Shown here piece after piece: positions 12,301 through 23,100 of a stretch of DNA of 64,000 nt. The notes under the pieces were generated by a model. It was not told the origin of the DNA. It ran no database searches and worked only from the letters and a program-made list of their open reading frames with translations. Origin of the DNA: Harriotta raleighana (taxonomy: Eukaryota). Location: positions 1,206,198 to 1,270,197 of the forward strand of contig JBNZDD010013650.1 of NCBI GenBank assembly GCA_050575255.1. Direction: 5' to 3'. Made by a program: the position numbers and the translations under genes. Within the stretch, counting starts at the first letter, position 1. Every line of letters starts with the position of its first letter.

Positions 12301-14415
12301 GAGTTAGTTGAGATGGTTTTATGGAATTCAACCCTCCCCATAAATACCATTTGTGGTGTGGTTTACTTAATCTGCAAATACAGACTTGCTGATCAAGCGT
12401 ATGGTTTGTTTGTAGGTGGCAGTATCTTGAGTACTCGCTGTTCCGAAACCTATGAGACTAAAACAGCTCTGATGAGTCTTTTCGGAATTCCACTTTGGTA
12501 TTTCTCACAGTCCCCGAGAGTTGTGATCCAGGTAAGATAGTTGAGATAAGCTTTCTATGATGCTGGGTATAGTTCTCAATGCTTTCAAGTTCAAGTTGTG
12601 AGCGCAGTGACGCAGAAATTTTCCCATCTCCTGCTTGTAGAGTAACTTTCAATTGTATTAAGAAATCGACTATTCTAATAAATTTAGCTCTCAATATGGT
12701 GTTGGCAAATTAAATCTTGTTGATTTTATTGTGTTAGAAAGCTGCACTGCAGTACCAGCTGCCATCCCTTTTACTGTACAACTGTCTTCCACGTTTTGTT
12801 AATGCTGCTGAAGCTTTTACTTTTATTGGTAACAGCTGCCTCTAGTGCCACTGCAGGGTAGTGTTTATAATGCTAGTTTCCCCCCTCAGAACTGCTGAAT
12901 GCAACCAAATAAGGGAAATTCACTCTGATCCATAAAGGGCATAGAGATGAATTGAAGAAATTGTAAATTTAAATGCATTCACATTGCTTCAGGGAGAAAT
13001 TTCATTTTTCTAGCTGACAGGTCTTTTCTTCCTTGTAGCCAGATGTTTACCCTGGAAACTGTTGGGCATTCAAAGGATCACAGGGTTATCTAGTTATTCG
13101 CCTTTCTGTAAAGGTTCACCCCGTTGCCTTTACACTGGATCACATACCAAAGTCTCTGTCACCAACTGGCAACATCAGCAGTGCTCCCAAGAACTTAAGC
13201 ATCTATGTAAGTATAATTAATATATACAGGAAAAAAGGGAATAGGAAATGCTGTTTTCAGGCACTCAAGTCATTGTGACACTGGTCATTGTGTCATGGTC
13301 CTGGTTTACGCTTTGGGTTCCATGTGCAATAAGTTAGCACAGTCCATCAGAAGAGTGGCTGATCAGAAAAAGAATTGAATAGCTAAACAAAATAGCTTAT
13401 TCTGGGACACCCGGAACACTTTGCATTAACTTTCAATATAAATATTTATATAGTCAGCATTTTCATTTGAGGTGGCAGAAGAATGTTTGTTAAAAACCCA
13501 TCAGAAAAAGAAACCAAGGGTTCTGATCCCAAGTTGTGTGACCTGGAATCCTGATGTTTCCTCCTTCAGGGCCTTGATGATGAGTATGAAGAGGAAGGCA
13601 CACTGCTCGGGAAATACACATATAACAAAGATGAAACAGCAATCCAGACGTTTTTTGTTACGGTAACTATTTCTACATTTTAGCTGTGGGGTACAATGCC
13701 ACCAGTGTTCAGGTACAAAAGGTGGTTCTTGGGACAGGGACAAGACACTGAGCTGGTGTTAGCCATAGACTCAGTCAGATGGTATCTGAATTTGTCTTGG
13801 GGGAGGGGGGGAAATTATACATTAGCTTTTTATTCTAGGGTTGATTGCTGTTTGTGGAGCAATGCTATGATTATTTGAGAAGCAGATTTTGACATCCCTG
13901 GGAAATAATCTTTCAGTAAGGTTCTCTTTTAGTGTCAAAGCCCATCATTGTTTGTTTGCATTGATCATTTGCCTGCAATTACACATTTGCTTCACTTTGC
14001 AGTAAATTTTGTGAAGCACTTTGTTATGTGTTCCCGGTATGACTTTTTTTTAAAAGGAATTATTGTCCCCAGAAAAGCAATCTGACAATCGACTTAACAA
14101 TCAGGTTCCTACATACTGCTAGGTAAACAGGCGTGTGGAGTAAGGAAACTTGCCCAACATTTCGCCTGCTGGGAATCAAATCCAGGTCTCTCACTTGTGA
14201 CGCTTTATCCACTGAGCTTCAAACTCTACATATCAAATGTGTTGAAACCGTCTTGTTGGCGCTTCAGAACTGGAGTAATTGTTTTTTTTCCACATTAGGA
14301 GGAGATCCTGGGGAGCTTCCAAATAATTGAACTTCGAGTACTTTCAAACTGGGGTCACCCTGAGTACACCTGCCTCTATCGGTTCAGAGTGCATGGGGAC
14401 CCGGTGAAGGAATGA
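180..14415 (+). CDS. SUN1: SUN domain-containing protein 1 (inner nuclear membrane LINC component); 5' part lies outside the window; 17 coding exons, about 693 aa here
   Basis: Exons 180-302, 856-939, 1064-1180, 1381-1479, 1826-1919, 2676-2731, 4743-4885, 4970-5230, 5921-6007, 7773-7816, 7921-8062, 8235-8489, 10298-10382, 12416-12531, 13039-13206, 13570-13662, 14299-14415. All are GT-AG bounded and phases join into one frame. Recognised SUN1 motifs: [19 protein letters not shown] segment, coiled coil, SUN domain [20 protein letters not shown]...[12 protein letters not shown]...[18 protein letters not shown]. Adjacency to GET4 favours SUN1 over SUN2. Confidence 0.95.
856..939 (+). CDS. SUN1: SUN1 exon (84 bp, phase 1-1)
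   Basis: ttgcag|...|gtaagt; [28 protein letters not shown]. Confidence 0.85.
1064..1180 (+). CDS. SUN1: SUN1 exon (117 bp, phase 1-1)
   Basis: aacag|...|gttaat; (C)[38 protein letters not shown]. Confidence 0.88.
1381..1479 (+). CDS. SUN1: SUN1 exon (99 bp, phase 1-1)
   Basis: ttgtag|...|gttatt; [33 protein letters not shown]. Confidence 0.88.
1826..1919 (+). CDS. SUN1: SUN1 exon (94 bp)
   Basis: ttgcag|...|gtatgt; [32 protein letters not shown]. Confidence 0.93.
1972..2337 (+). mobile_element. tRNA-derived SINE with Deu-like 3' domain and L2-type tail, near full length
   Basis: A box (TAGCTCAGTGG) and B box (GGTTCAATTCC) in a tRNA-like head, then TTGTGGGACACTGCTGTGTGCAATTAGCTGC block and tail ending ...GCAAGGATTATCAT; many similar copies in the window. 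Confidence 0.85.
2676..2731 (+). CDS. SUN1: SUN1 exon (56 bp), transmembrane segment
   Basis: ctcag|...|gtaagt; [18 protein letters not shown]. Confidence 0.88.
3065..3409 (+). repeat. Near-exact local duplication around two single N bases (probable assembly artefact)
   Basis: 3065-3209 is repeated at 3265-3409, with a third partial copy 3211-3263; N at 3210 and 3264. Confidence 0.85.
3324..4136. mobile_element. pogo/Tigger-like non-autonomous DNA transposon (MITE)
   Basis: TA|CAGTAAAACCTCATTTATCCG ... TGGATAAACGGGGTTTTATTG|TA imperfect TIRs; purine-rich and (GT)n tracts inside; left end duplicated at 3124. Confidence 0.75.
4743..4885 (+). CDS. SUN1: SUN1 exon (143 bp)
   Basis: gatag|...|gtaact; [19 protein letters not shown]...SSIPLPL. 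Confidence 0.85.
4970..5230 (+). CDS. SUN1: SUN1 exon (261 bp), luminal coiled coil
   Basis: ttttag|...|gtaaac; [25 protein letters not shown]...DIKE. Confidence 0.85.
5921..6007 (+). CDS. SUN1: SUN1 exon (87 bp)
   Basis: cccag|...|gtaatg; [29 protein letters not shown]. Confidence 0.9.
6322..6630 (+). mobile_element. tRNA-derived SINE, shorter subfamily
   Basis: Same head and tail as 1972-2337 but lacking the central block; same structure as the copy at 42328-42634. Confidence 0.85.
6805..7145 (-). mobile_element. L2 LINE 3' fragment
   Basis: TTTCACATCGGGAGGATGTGCCAAGGCGCTG tail signature and purine-rich body on plus strand. Confidence 0.6.
7773..7816 (+). CDS. SUN1: SUN1 exon (44 bp)
   Basis: accag|...|gtaagt; [14 protein letters not shown]; needed for phase continuity. 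Confidence 0.85.
7921..8062 (+). CDS. SUN1: SUN1 exon (142 bp)
   Basis: ttcaag|...|gtaagt; [28 protein letters not shown]...IQGT. Confidence 0.9.
8235..8489 (+). CDS. SUN1: SUN1 exon (255 bp)
   Basis: ttacag|...|gtaagc; [12 protein letters not shown]...WLSSQFV...LELKILKNL...GISEQ. Confidence 0.93.
8977..9450 (-). mobile_element. L2 LINE 3' end, 5'-truncated
   Basis: Minus translation [22 protein letters not shown]...IGGRAFS.PAPTLW typical of the L2 ORF2 C-terminus; (TTG)n tail. Confidence 0.85.
10298..10382 (+). CDS. SUN1: SUN1 exon (85 bp)
   Basis: cacag|...|gtgagc; [28 protein letters not shown]. Confidence 0.95.
10965..11680 (-). mobile_element. L2 LINE 3' fragment with an N and a poly-G tract
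   Basis: [27 protein letters not shown]; (TTG)n tail near 10965. Confidence 0.8.
12416..12531 (+). CDS. SUN1: SUN1 exon (116 bp), SUN domain
   Basis: tgtag|...|gtaaga; [39 protein letters not shown]. Confidence 0.96.
13039..13206 (+). CDS. SUN1: SUN1 exon (168 bp), SUN domain
   Basis: tgtag|...|gtaagt; [23 protein letters not shown]...[25 protein letters not shown]. Confidence 0.96.
13570..13662 (+). CDS. SUN1: SUN1 exon (93 bp), SUN domain
   Basis: ttcag|...|gtaact; [31 protein letters not shown]. Confidence 0.95.
14070..14222 (-). mobile_element. SINE 5' half
   Basis: Reverse complement matches head and central block of the 1972 copy (GTGTGGAGTAAGGAAACTTGCCCAA on plus). Confidence 0.8.
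14299..14415 (+). CDS. SUN1: SUN1 last coding exon with stop
   Basis: attag|[38 protein letters not shown] (TGA 14413-14415). Confidence 0.96.
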   Translation, partial: EEILGSFQIIELRVLSNWGHPEYTCLYRFRVHGDPVKE

Positions 14416-15060
14416 AAGTGGACTTCATTGAGCTTGTAAAATTATGTAAATACTGGTAAAACTGGGAATAATTTCATGGACACTGGAAATGGGGACTGAG
14501 GCATGAATAACATGTACTGCTGGATCACACATCCTGGACATAACAACGGATGTAGTTGACTACTGTCAGCTGAATAGTTGATGGCTTTACCGCTTCAGAG
14601 GGAATGTTGTCCTTTTTGGGGGAAACGTCAAGTGTGTTTTTCACACAAGGGGAATATTGACTGTCGTTCCATTTGAAAGAGTTGGAAAGGAAATTAGTGT
14701 ACAGACCATCCTTACTGGATAATGTTTATTTGAATGTATATTGCACAAAGGTCCTTATTTGTAAAGAATTCTTAAAAAAATAGTTATATCAATGAGTATA
14801 ATCCATATATTTAACTATATAAAGCCAAAAGCAGGGACCTGGGAAGGACATATCCAAGTGTATGTAAAAACCTATGAGAAATAAACCAAGGCTCTTGTGA
14901 AGCAAAATTAGGGAGTCGGTCGGTCTTTGTGAATAACTATTTATTTTTCAAGAGAAATGTAGGACTTTGTGCAATGTATTTTTGTAAATTTTTCACTTTG
15001 TCGAACTATGCTTTTATTTCCTCAACTGTCACAAAACTGACAATGCTATTCAGACGTTTA

Positions 15061-15114
15061 AATAAAGATTTAATTTTTTTGCTAGACTGCATGTAATTCC
15101 AAGTGTGTAATAAA
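15061..15114 (+). terminator. Candidate SUN1 polyadenylation signals
   Basis: AATAAA at 15061-15066 and 15109-15114, about 650-700 nt after the stop, with T/GT-rich sequence downstream. Confidence 0.6.
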
Positions 15115-15570
15115 GGGTAAGCTTTTGTGTAAGATTTGTACTTGGGCTACACTAAATCATAACAGTTGCAGTTAATGGATTCTGAATAGGGTCCAATTCA
15201 TGACAAACTTGTTACATCACACCTTTTGATGCTTTAACACATACAAATGAGGAAATTTTGAAGAACAGCAAGGACCAAGAAACATTATTGAAACACTGAT
15301 CTATAGAGCTTCCATCTGTTTCCAGCTTTTGCAAAATAATTTGACATTTTTTTGGGGAAAAAACTATTTGGTAGGGTTTGTGCAGTCAGCCAAGTTGAAT
15401 GAAAAGATGAATTGTAGTCAATAGTGTTAAATGGAAATAGTTTATCATATGAGTTGTAGTAAAAAAAATTAGGAAATAAGGTGAAGATATTTTTGCAACT
15501 AAACATCTGAAATTGCAACTCATTTAAAAAAAACACACAAATCACACAATCGTATCTCTTGGCGATAGTC

Positions 15571-15850
15571 AGGAGTTCTGTAGCATATAGTGTTGAGCAC
15601 TTGCCTCACAAGTGAGAGGACCTGGGTTAGATTCCTAGGTAGGGCAAGTTTTCTTACTCCACATGTCTCTGTTTATCTTGGAGTAAGTAGGAATCCAGTT
15701 GTTAAGTTGACTGGCAGATTGCTTTTCCGGAAGTAAGAATCCCTTAAAAAATAATAGTTTGGTCACTCAATCCTGTTTGTGGGCATTGTGTGCAAATGGC
15801 TGCCGCATTTTATCCACAAAATGTACAATCCATTCACTTTAAAGTATATT
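15571..15850 (+). mobile_element. tRNA-derived SINE
   Basis: GGAGTTCTGTAGC head, GGGCAAGTTTTCTTACTCCACA, Deu-like block. Confidence 0.8.
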
Positions 15851-17726
15851 GTCGTCCTCTACTGCAAGGTCCAGAGAAAATCAAAACATCCACTCCAAAT
15901 ACTGACTACACAGAAACTATTATTTAAATTGATGTAACCTAGTTTATCAGTTTTTAAACCAACTGCAACCTATTGAATGATCTAATGCAAAGATCTGCAT
16001 TAACGATTGGGTTTATTTTTATTGAAATTCAATTTTTTTTAGAAGATGATAAATGAAGACCACAGCAGTGCTTTATTAAACAGATCCTATCTGAGGGATA
16101 TCATTTGTCTGTGAACTGCTTTCTGAACATCAATAGAACTTGGCCATTTATGGCTAGTAATACATTGTGCAAGATTTGTTTGCAGTTAGTTATTTTGCTT
16201 ATTGTTAATTCTGACAGTAGTGTTAGTGCTATTGCATTTATCCTTTGTAATGTGCAACTTTACAATTATCCACAAAGTAACCCTTTAAATGTAAATAACC
16301 CTTTATAGGTCTGATTTTATTTCACCTTGTCTTTTTGCATAAATTTACAATTCTGAATTTCTTTCTGATCTTTGAACATATGCACTCATTCTGTAGCTGG
16401 AGAGTGGATTTCCACATACTGGATTATAGTATCCAGGATTATTATTGGATAATAATTGGAAACAAGTATCAGAAGTGGTAAAGTCAAGTGGTATTATGGC
16501 TCCATATTAACACAACTAATCAGCTCTTTCAGACTGGGAAATGACCTTTTCTGATCAGTACTCTTATTAACCCTAACCTTGTACAATCTGGTTAGAGAGC
16601 TAACCACAGTCACATAAGACCAAATGAGTGCACAATCTTGAGCACATTCATCATCAATCAATTAAATCATGGAATTCTTTATGCTTGTCTCATTTATCAT
16701 ATGTTTTTGAGTAACTTCTTAAAAGGAATGTTAATCCTCTATTGAATTGATGCCTGAAATTGATACAATGGGTATGTATGTGGTAATTGTTTATAGAATC
16801 AGCAAATCCAGTTTCTTCTATTAAGCAGTGGAGTGTGTGTACTAAAATAATACAACTATTGTACATGTGGAAATGAAAAATCACATTTTCACAGCAAATA
16901 TAATCTTATCAGTTACAACAGTATTTTCTTTTGAAGCTGCTTGTGCATGAATGATGCCCATCAGTCCTAGCTCTGAGGTGTGCTGCTCTTGTGGACTGCT
17001 AACACAGCAACAGTAACAACAGCTTTCTTTATAACAACTGGTCTCTCAAGTTTTTCTTTGGCAACAAGTTATTTTTCTTTTTTTTAAAAAAAAACAGCTC
17101 CACAGGAGCAGCCACAAAGACTGTCATGGTCTTTTCTGGTCTTGGGACATTCGCGTGATCCACACTCAACTGCTAAAACAAGGAGTCTGAGGCTTGGATC
17201 AAATTTATACTTAGTAGATTCTGAAGACCATAAATTAAGCTGGAAATGGGCAAGATAATAGAGAACATGAACCTGCTTTTCATATTTGTTAATTATAGAA
17301 TTGCATGTTAGAAATAGATGACAGAAAGAACAGTAAAATATTAGATTATGTGGCTGTAAACCTTTCACTCCCCTCAACAGTTCATCTACAAAACTGGAGT
17401 TAGAGCAACCCACTTATGGTATCAGCACTTTGGGACGTCCTCTCGACGTGAAAGGTGCTATACTGTACAATTTTGCTCTTGTAGAATGGTACAATCCACC
17501 AATCCCAAATGTTGCCATGAGGAAACAGTTTGCACATCCAGTGGTAGGATAAGGATCTGTTTTCTGCCCGAATTATTCACTCTTCCCTGCCTGCCCGGCT
17601 CATTCACTCGCTGCTGGTCTCACAGATTCCTCTGCTATGAGCCAGTGATCATACCTACCATCAGTCAGTTACAGATGATTCAGGCCGACTAGGGGGTAGA
17701 TTATTTCCTCAAACTTCATTAAAGTA

Positions 17727-18215
17727 CACGTATTCCTCACTTGACATCATAGTTCTTGAAAAGTGCGACTTAAGTGAAACAAAGTTAAGTGAATACATTT
17801 TCCCCATAAGAATTAATGTATAAACTGGAGTTAGGTTCTCTTGGACATTTTTCGTAAAACAATTCCTAAAATAAAAACATTATACTCGTTCCCTGACTGC
17901 CTGACAGGCTCACTCACTTGCTTCGCTTCCTGACGGCCTGCCCGATTTACTCACTCCCTGGCTGCTGGTCTCACTCACTTTATGCTGGCTTGCTGCTCTC
18001 ACTTGCTGTTGGTCTCACTCACTGCCAGCCTGGCCACTCTCAGCCTGCCTGACACTCACTTGACAGGCAGGCTAGTGTCGTTCTGCCCCCTTTCCACCCA
18101 CTGGTGAACGACGCAATAGTGAACATCGCAACTTTAAATGAATATATGTTCCCTATATCAGCGACGCATTAACAAAATAAGATGAACCAAGACAACGTTA
18201 AGCAGAGTTTACCTG
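17727..18215. mobile_element. Tigger-like MITE, diverged
   Basis: TA|CACGTATTCCTCACTTGAC ... GTTAAGCAGAGTTTACCTG|TA imperfect TIRs; TTTCCCCATAAGAATTAATG subterminal motif; internal CTCACT repeats. Confidence 0.6.
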
Positions 18216-19554
18216 TATATGCTTGATGACTGAGAAAATCATTCTAAAAATGACCATGGGAGTAAGTAAACGAAAACATGGCATTTTCTATATATTTTTA
18301 AAAACATTTAAAATCTACTGTATAAAATTGCAGAAAACACCTTAGTGTAAATTAGATAGGAAAACTATTCTGAAGAAGTTGGTCAGGGTTACTTGCTAAA
18401 AAAAAACCTTACCTTTTGATGTAACTTTTGCTATTCAATACAGAAATCTGTTGAAAGTTGTACTAAATCTCTTATCTTTCACAAGCACATATTTCCAAGA
18501 ACGTGCTCTACATGAGGGATGTTTATATGTGCAAGTTGTATTCAACTTTGCCCAAGGAGCCGAGCATTGGATGAAACTACTGTGATATTCTCAAGTATAA
18601 ATTCCTGAAACCTCCAAATTTTTGTGTTTGGGTGCTACTCTAGGCACCAGGAGGAAAAATGTTGGGTGAGGGAAGAATTGGACTTGGATGTGATGCTTCC
18701 AACAGTTGTGGGTAAATACTTCAATGCAGCTCTAGCTCTATTTATATTATTGGTCCATGAGATATTAAACTGTTGTCCTGTCTGCCTGTTTAGGTGGATG
18801 TTAAGAGATTACATGGTACTTGCAAAGGGAAATGAAGTTTTCCCGGTGTCCTGGCTGGCATTACCCCAAATCAAATGGTTCATTTGTTTTAAAGCTGTGT
18901 GTGCGACATTGATTGGTGTGCGCAATTGGGCTGCTGCATTTGCCTACAACTACAGACAATACATTTGACAATAAACAACAAAATCAAAATTACATTTATA
19001 TAGCGCCTTTCATGTCAGGAGGACGTCCCAAGGTGCTGGACAGGTACTGCTTCAGTACATCCTGTGATGTGCTTTGGAACGCGCTGAAGTGAAAGTGACT
19101 ATATCCCAAATGTAAGTATTATTATTAACAACAATGGACTGAATTACCCCCCATTGCAGTGCTTTTCAGGATCTCAGATGCTTGGGTAAGGTGCTGGAGG
19201 GCAGCCAGTGCCTAGAAACCTCTCCTCAAGTAAAACTGCTTATGTGTGTGTAGGATAGGGAGGCAGGAATAAAAGCAACAATTTATCTCTGGGAATTCCA
19301 TGTGGAGGTGGGAGGCATGAAATTCAGTTTGGTTTGAGGCATCTTCAATGACATGAAAATATCAAATGCATGGTATGTGTCAATACACCCACCCAGCTGA
19401 TGAAAATAAGTCGAAAAGGAGAGAAAAGTTATAACACAGGAGTTAAAGTTGCATTTTCAAATAAGATTGTCTGATTTGATCATCATATTCCCAAGAACAA
19501 CTTCATACCTAAACATGAGCAGCTGATGCTGCAGAGAAGGTTATTCTGGCATGA

Positions 19555-20190
19555 GTGGAAGGGGGCGGGGCAAGCTAAGCGTTCAGGGGACGCCGTAGAA
19601 TGACGTCAGGCTGGAGCTGCGCCCTTTGACCTTGGCTGCGAACAGCAATGGCGGACGCAGAGCTGCCCAAGTGTTGCAGGAACCGGGGAGGAGTTCAGCG
19701 GGTGGAGACCAAACTCCGGGCCAGCGTGGAGAAGGGCGACTACTACGAGGCTCATCAGATGTACCGAACGCTGTTCTTCCGGTAAGGAAGCGAGCTGCCG
19801 ACGGAGAGTGAAACGGCTGCGGCCTGAACGCTTGAAGCCAGGGCTCGGCCGCCGCTTTCCAGATCCTTCTCCACGCGCGCTCTCACGGCTCGGCGCCGCA
19901 GCCTAACCTGATTGCTGTGGGGAGGGAGGGGTTGCGAGACATCACAGCCTAACCTGCTAGTCCGGGGCCGGGGCCCTCCCCACTTCTAGAATTCTCTCCA
20001 CATTCATTCGCTGCGACGCGGCTGACCGTTGTGATGTGGCGCGACATAATTGGCTGGCCGGCCTGTCAGTCATAACGGGGGCGAGGGGGTCACGCCGTCA
20101 TGTCAGCCTGTGTGAGGGCAATGTGGCCACATTAGACCAGTTCACATAGCATTTCCGGTGTATTTTTTATTGTTTGCTGTTCCGGTGTAA
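19555..20190 (+). promoter_or_regulatory. GET4 CpG-island promoter and first exon region
   Basis: Abrupt CpG/GC enrichment; GC box GGGGCGGGG within 19561-19570; perfect CRE TGACGTCA 19601-19608; ATGGCGG (YY1-like) over the start codon; two TTCCGGT ETS-type motifs near 20153 and 20180. Confidence 0.8.
19648..19781 (+). CDS. GET4: GET4 exon 1
   Basis: ATG at 19648; [45 protein letters not shown]|gtaagg. Confidence 0.95.
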
Positions 20191-23100
20191 TTTTTAAAAA
20201 CATTTTAAAAATTTAAACCTGCTACACTTTTTTTTACTTTGACACCCTCCCCTCCTTTTGCTGACTTTTTTTCCACATGAACTTATTGTTTCTCCCATAA
20301 AATATGCAGTTGATTCACTTACAGTATATTTTGTGAAGGAAGCACTTTAATGCGTTTAGAAGACGCGATAAGGCACTGTATCAAATGTAAGGATTATTAA
20401 TATTTTCTTAACAGTTTCAAGAGCACTAACCCAAATGGGCTATCCATACGGAGGCAATGCACAATATTGGGCTACTTTAGGGCTAGGATTCAGTTGATCT
20501 TGGACTCCACATCCAATTTAATTTCTGGAAACCCCTCCTGTCTGTGATGCTCTCTCCACCTCCCACAAAACACACAGATAACTTCAACCTTCCATCACCA
20601 CCGCAATAAGGTTTGAAGTCACAGATCTACAAGGAGAGATGGACAGCCCGCCCACCCATTCCCTCCTTGTGCGTCCATAGGGATGGAAAAGGCAGCTGAT
20701 CATCTCAACTGGCAAACCTGGGGCTTTAAATGTCTCCCTGCTGCTAATAGCTTCTTCGGCTCAAGATCTTGGCACTTGGTGACCGGGATTCACCCGCAAA
20801 TGACACCGTCACTACACTTTACAGTCAGCGTATTCTGTGATGTGCTTTGAGACATCTCAATGATGTAATAATATGTTATATCAAATGCAAGGCTTAAATT
20901 ATTTACGATTTTATTGAGCGGCAGTGAGAAGTAAAACAACAAAATTCCAGTTGTGTAGTGCCTTTCACATCGGGGCGATGTCCCAAGGCACTGGACAATC
21001 ACTGCGTCAGAACTGAGCTGGGTGGGGGGATTAGGAGTTGCCGATGGAACCATCGAAGAGGAGAGTCTTGAGGTGGGACTTGACTGCTGAGTGGATTTCC
21101 AGAGGTTGGGGGCAGAGTGGCTAAAGGCTCACCCGCCAATGGTGGGGCAGATTGGTTGGGGAGCAAGCCAGAGCCTGCTAGATGGAGGAGAGGGAACTGT
21201 TGAGGAACGATAGAGAAGAAGTTATGTCATTTAGAGAGGGCCAGTTGGGTAGAAGGTCGGACGACTCAAGGGCGGCAGAGAGGGAGTGGGGAGATGGTTT
21301 TTCACGGGAGGCGCTGAGCAGTCAGGTCGGGACCTGAGCACTGGAGAAGGGCAGGGTAGTGGGGAGGGGAAGGAGAGTTGGGAGGATGGCAGTCTGTCTC
21401 ACCTGGACAGTTGATGACCAAACCTTCAGCCCTCGCAGTGTTCACTACTAGACTCACCATGGCCACCGCTCGCAGCAACTCGCTGCTCGCGTCTGCATAT
21501 TCCTGTGTTCTCCAGGAAAGATTTTAAGCCCAAACTTTAATTTTGGCTTAAATTGTTCCACTGCTCCCAGGAAAACGTCACACAATATTGCAGTGTTCAA
21601 ACTGTGCTGGTGAAGGACCACATCCGGTCCCTCACCAGCACCGCTTTCTTCCATCTCTGCCAAATTACCTATCTCCACCAATACCTCACCTGCTGAAGCT
21701 TTGAAACCCTGGTCCATGTCTTTGTCACCTCTCAGCTTGACTACTCTTAACACCCTCCTCGCTGGTCTCCCCTCCACCATTCACAAAATTCAGCTCATTC
21801 AGAATTCTGCGCCCGCATTCTCACCCACACCAAACTTCGTACCCTCGATTACCAAACTATACTGGCTGCTTGTTACAGAGCAGATCGACCTTCAAGTTCC
21901 TCACTCTTGTGTTTAATACGCTCTGCTCCTCTGACCTCCCCTACGTCTCTAACCTTGTCTTTCCACACAGCAACCTGCTTCCTCTGCTCTACTGGTTCAG
22001 GACTCCCTCTGCCTCTTTGTCCTCCTTGACCTATTCGACACCGTCGACCACACAATCCTCCTCCACCACCTCTCCTCCCTCCTCAACCTTCAAGGCTCTG
22101 TCCTTGACTGGTTCCAGTCTTATCTCTCCCACCGCCTTCACTTTGTATCTTCCAATGGCTTTTCCTCCAGTCCCCACATAGTCACATGCGGCGTTCTCCA
22201 GGGCTCTGTCCTTGGCCCCCTGCTCTTCACCCTCTATATGCTCCCCCTGGGCGACATCATCCGCAGCCATGGGGTATATTTCCACATGTATGTGGATGAC
22301 ACCCAACTCTACCTTTCTGCCTCCTCCCTCGACTCCAGGACTACTGGGGTTCTGACTCCGTGTCTGACCGACATTGAGTCCTGAACGAAGGCCACCTTCC
22401 TCCAACTCAACGTCAACAAGATGGAGGCTGTCCTGATTGGCTCGCGTCAGCGCCTCCGCACCTCAGGCGCTGACAACATCAGCATTCAAGGCTGCTCTCT
22501 CCACCTCTCAAAACCAATCAGGAATCTGGGCGACTTGTTTTGACCCCAAACTGTCCTTCCTCCCTCATATCCGCTCCCTGACCGGTATCGCCTTCCACCA
22601 ACTCTGCAATATTGCCAGGCTCCGCCACTACCTCACCCCCCACACCGCTAAAACCCTCATTCATGCCTTTATCACCTCCAGGCTTGACTACGGGAACTCT
22701 ACTCGTCGGCCTTTCCAACTCCTCCCTTCACAGGCTGCAAGAATTCTGCAGCTCATGTCCTCTCCCGCACCAGGCTTCGTGATGTGCACATCACTCCCAC
22801 TCTCTCCTGTCTCCACTGGCTCCCCATCCCCCATAGGATCGAATTCAAGATCCTCGTCCTCACTTTCAAGGCCACTCATGGTCTTGCCCTCACCTATCTC
22901 TCTGACCTGCTGTCTCCCTGTCTCCCTCCCTCCGTTCAGCAGACTCAGGCCTGCTCCGCATCCACCACCCTATCCGTCCAACCATTGGTGGCCGGGCTTT
23001 CAGCCTCTCTGCCCCCACATTATGGAACTCCATTCCACAATCCCTCCGCCTTACTTCCTCCCTTTCCTCCTTCAAGGCTGGTCTCAAGTCCTTCTTCTTT

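Noticed and set aside
19626-19811. ORF-track 61-aa ORF at the CpG island
   Set aside because: Wrong frame; the GET4 frame starts at ATG 19648
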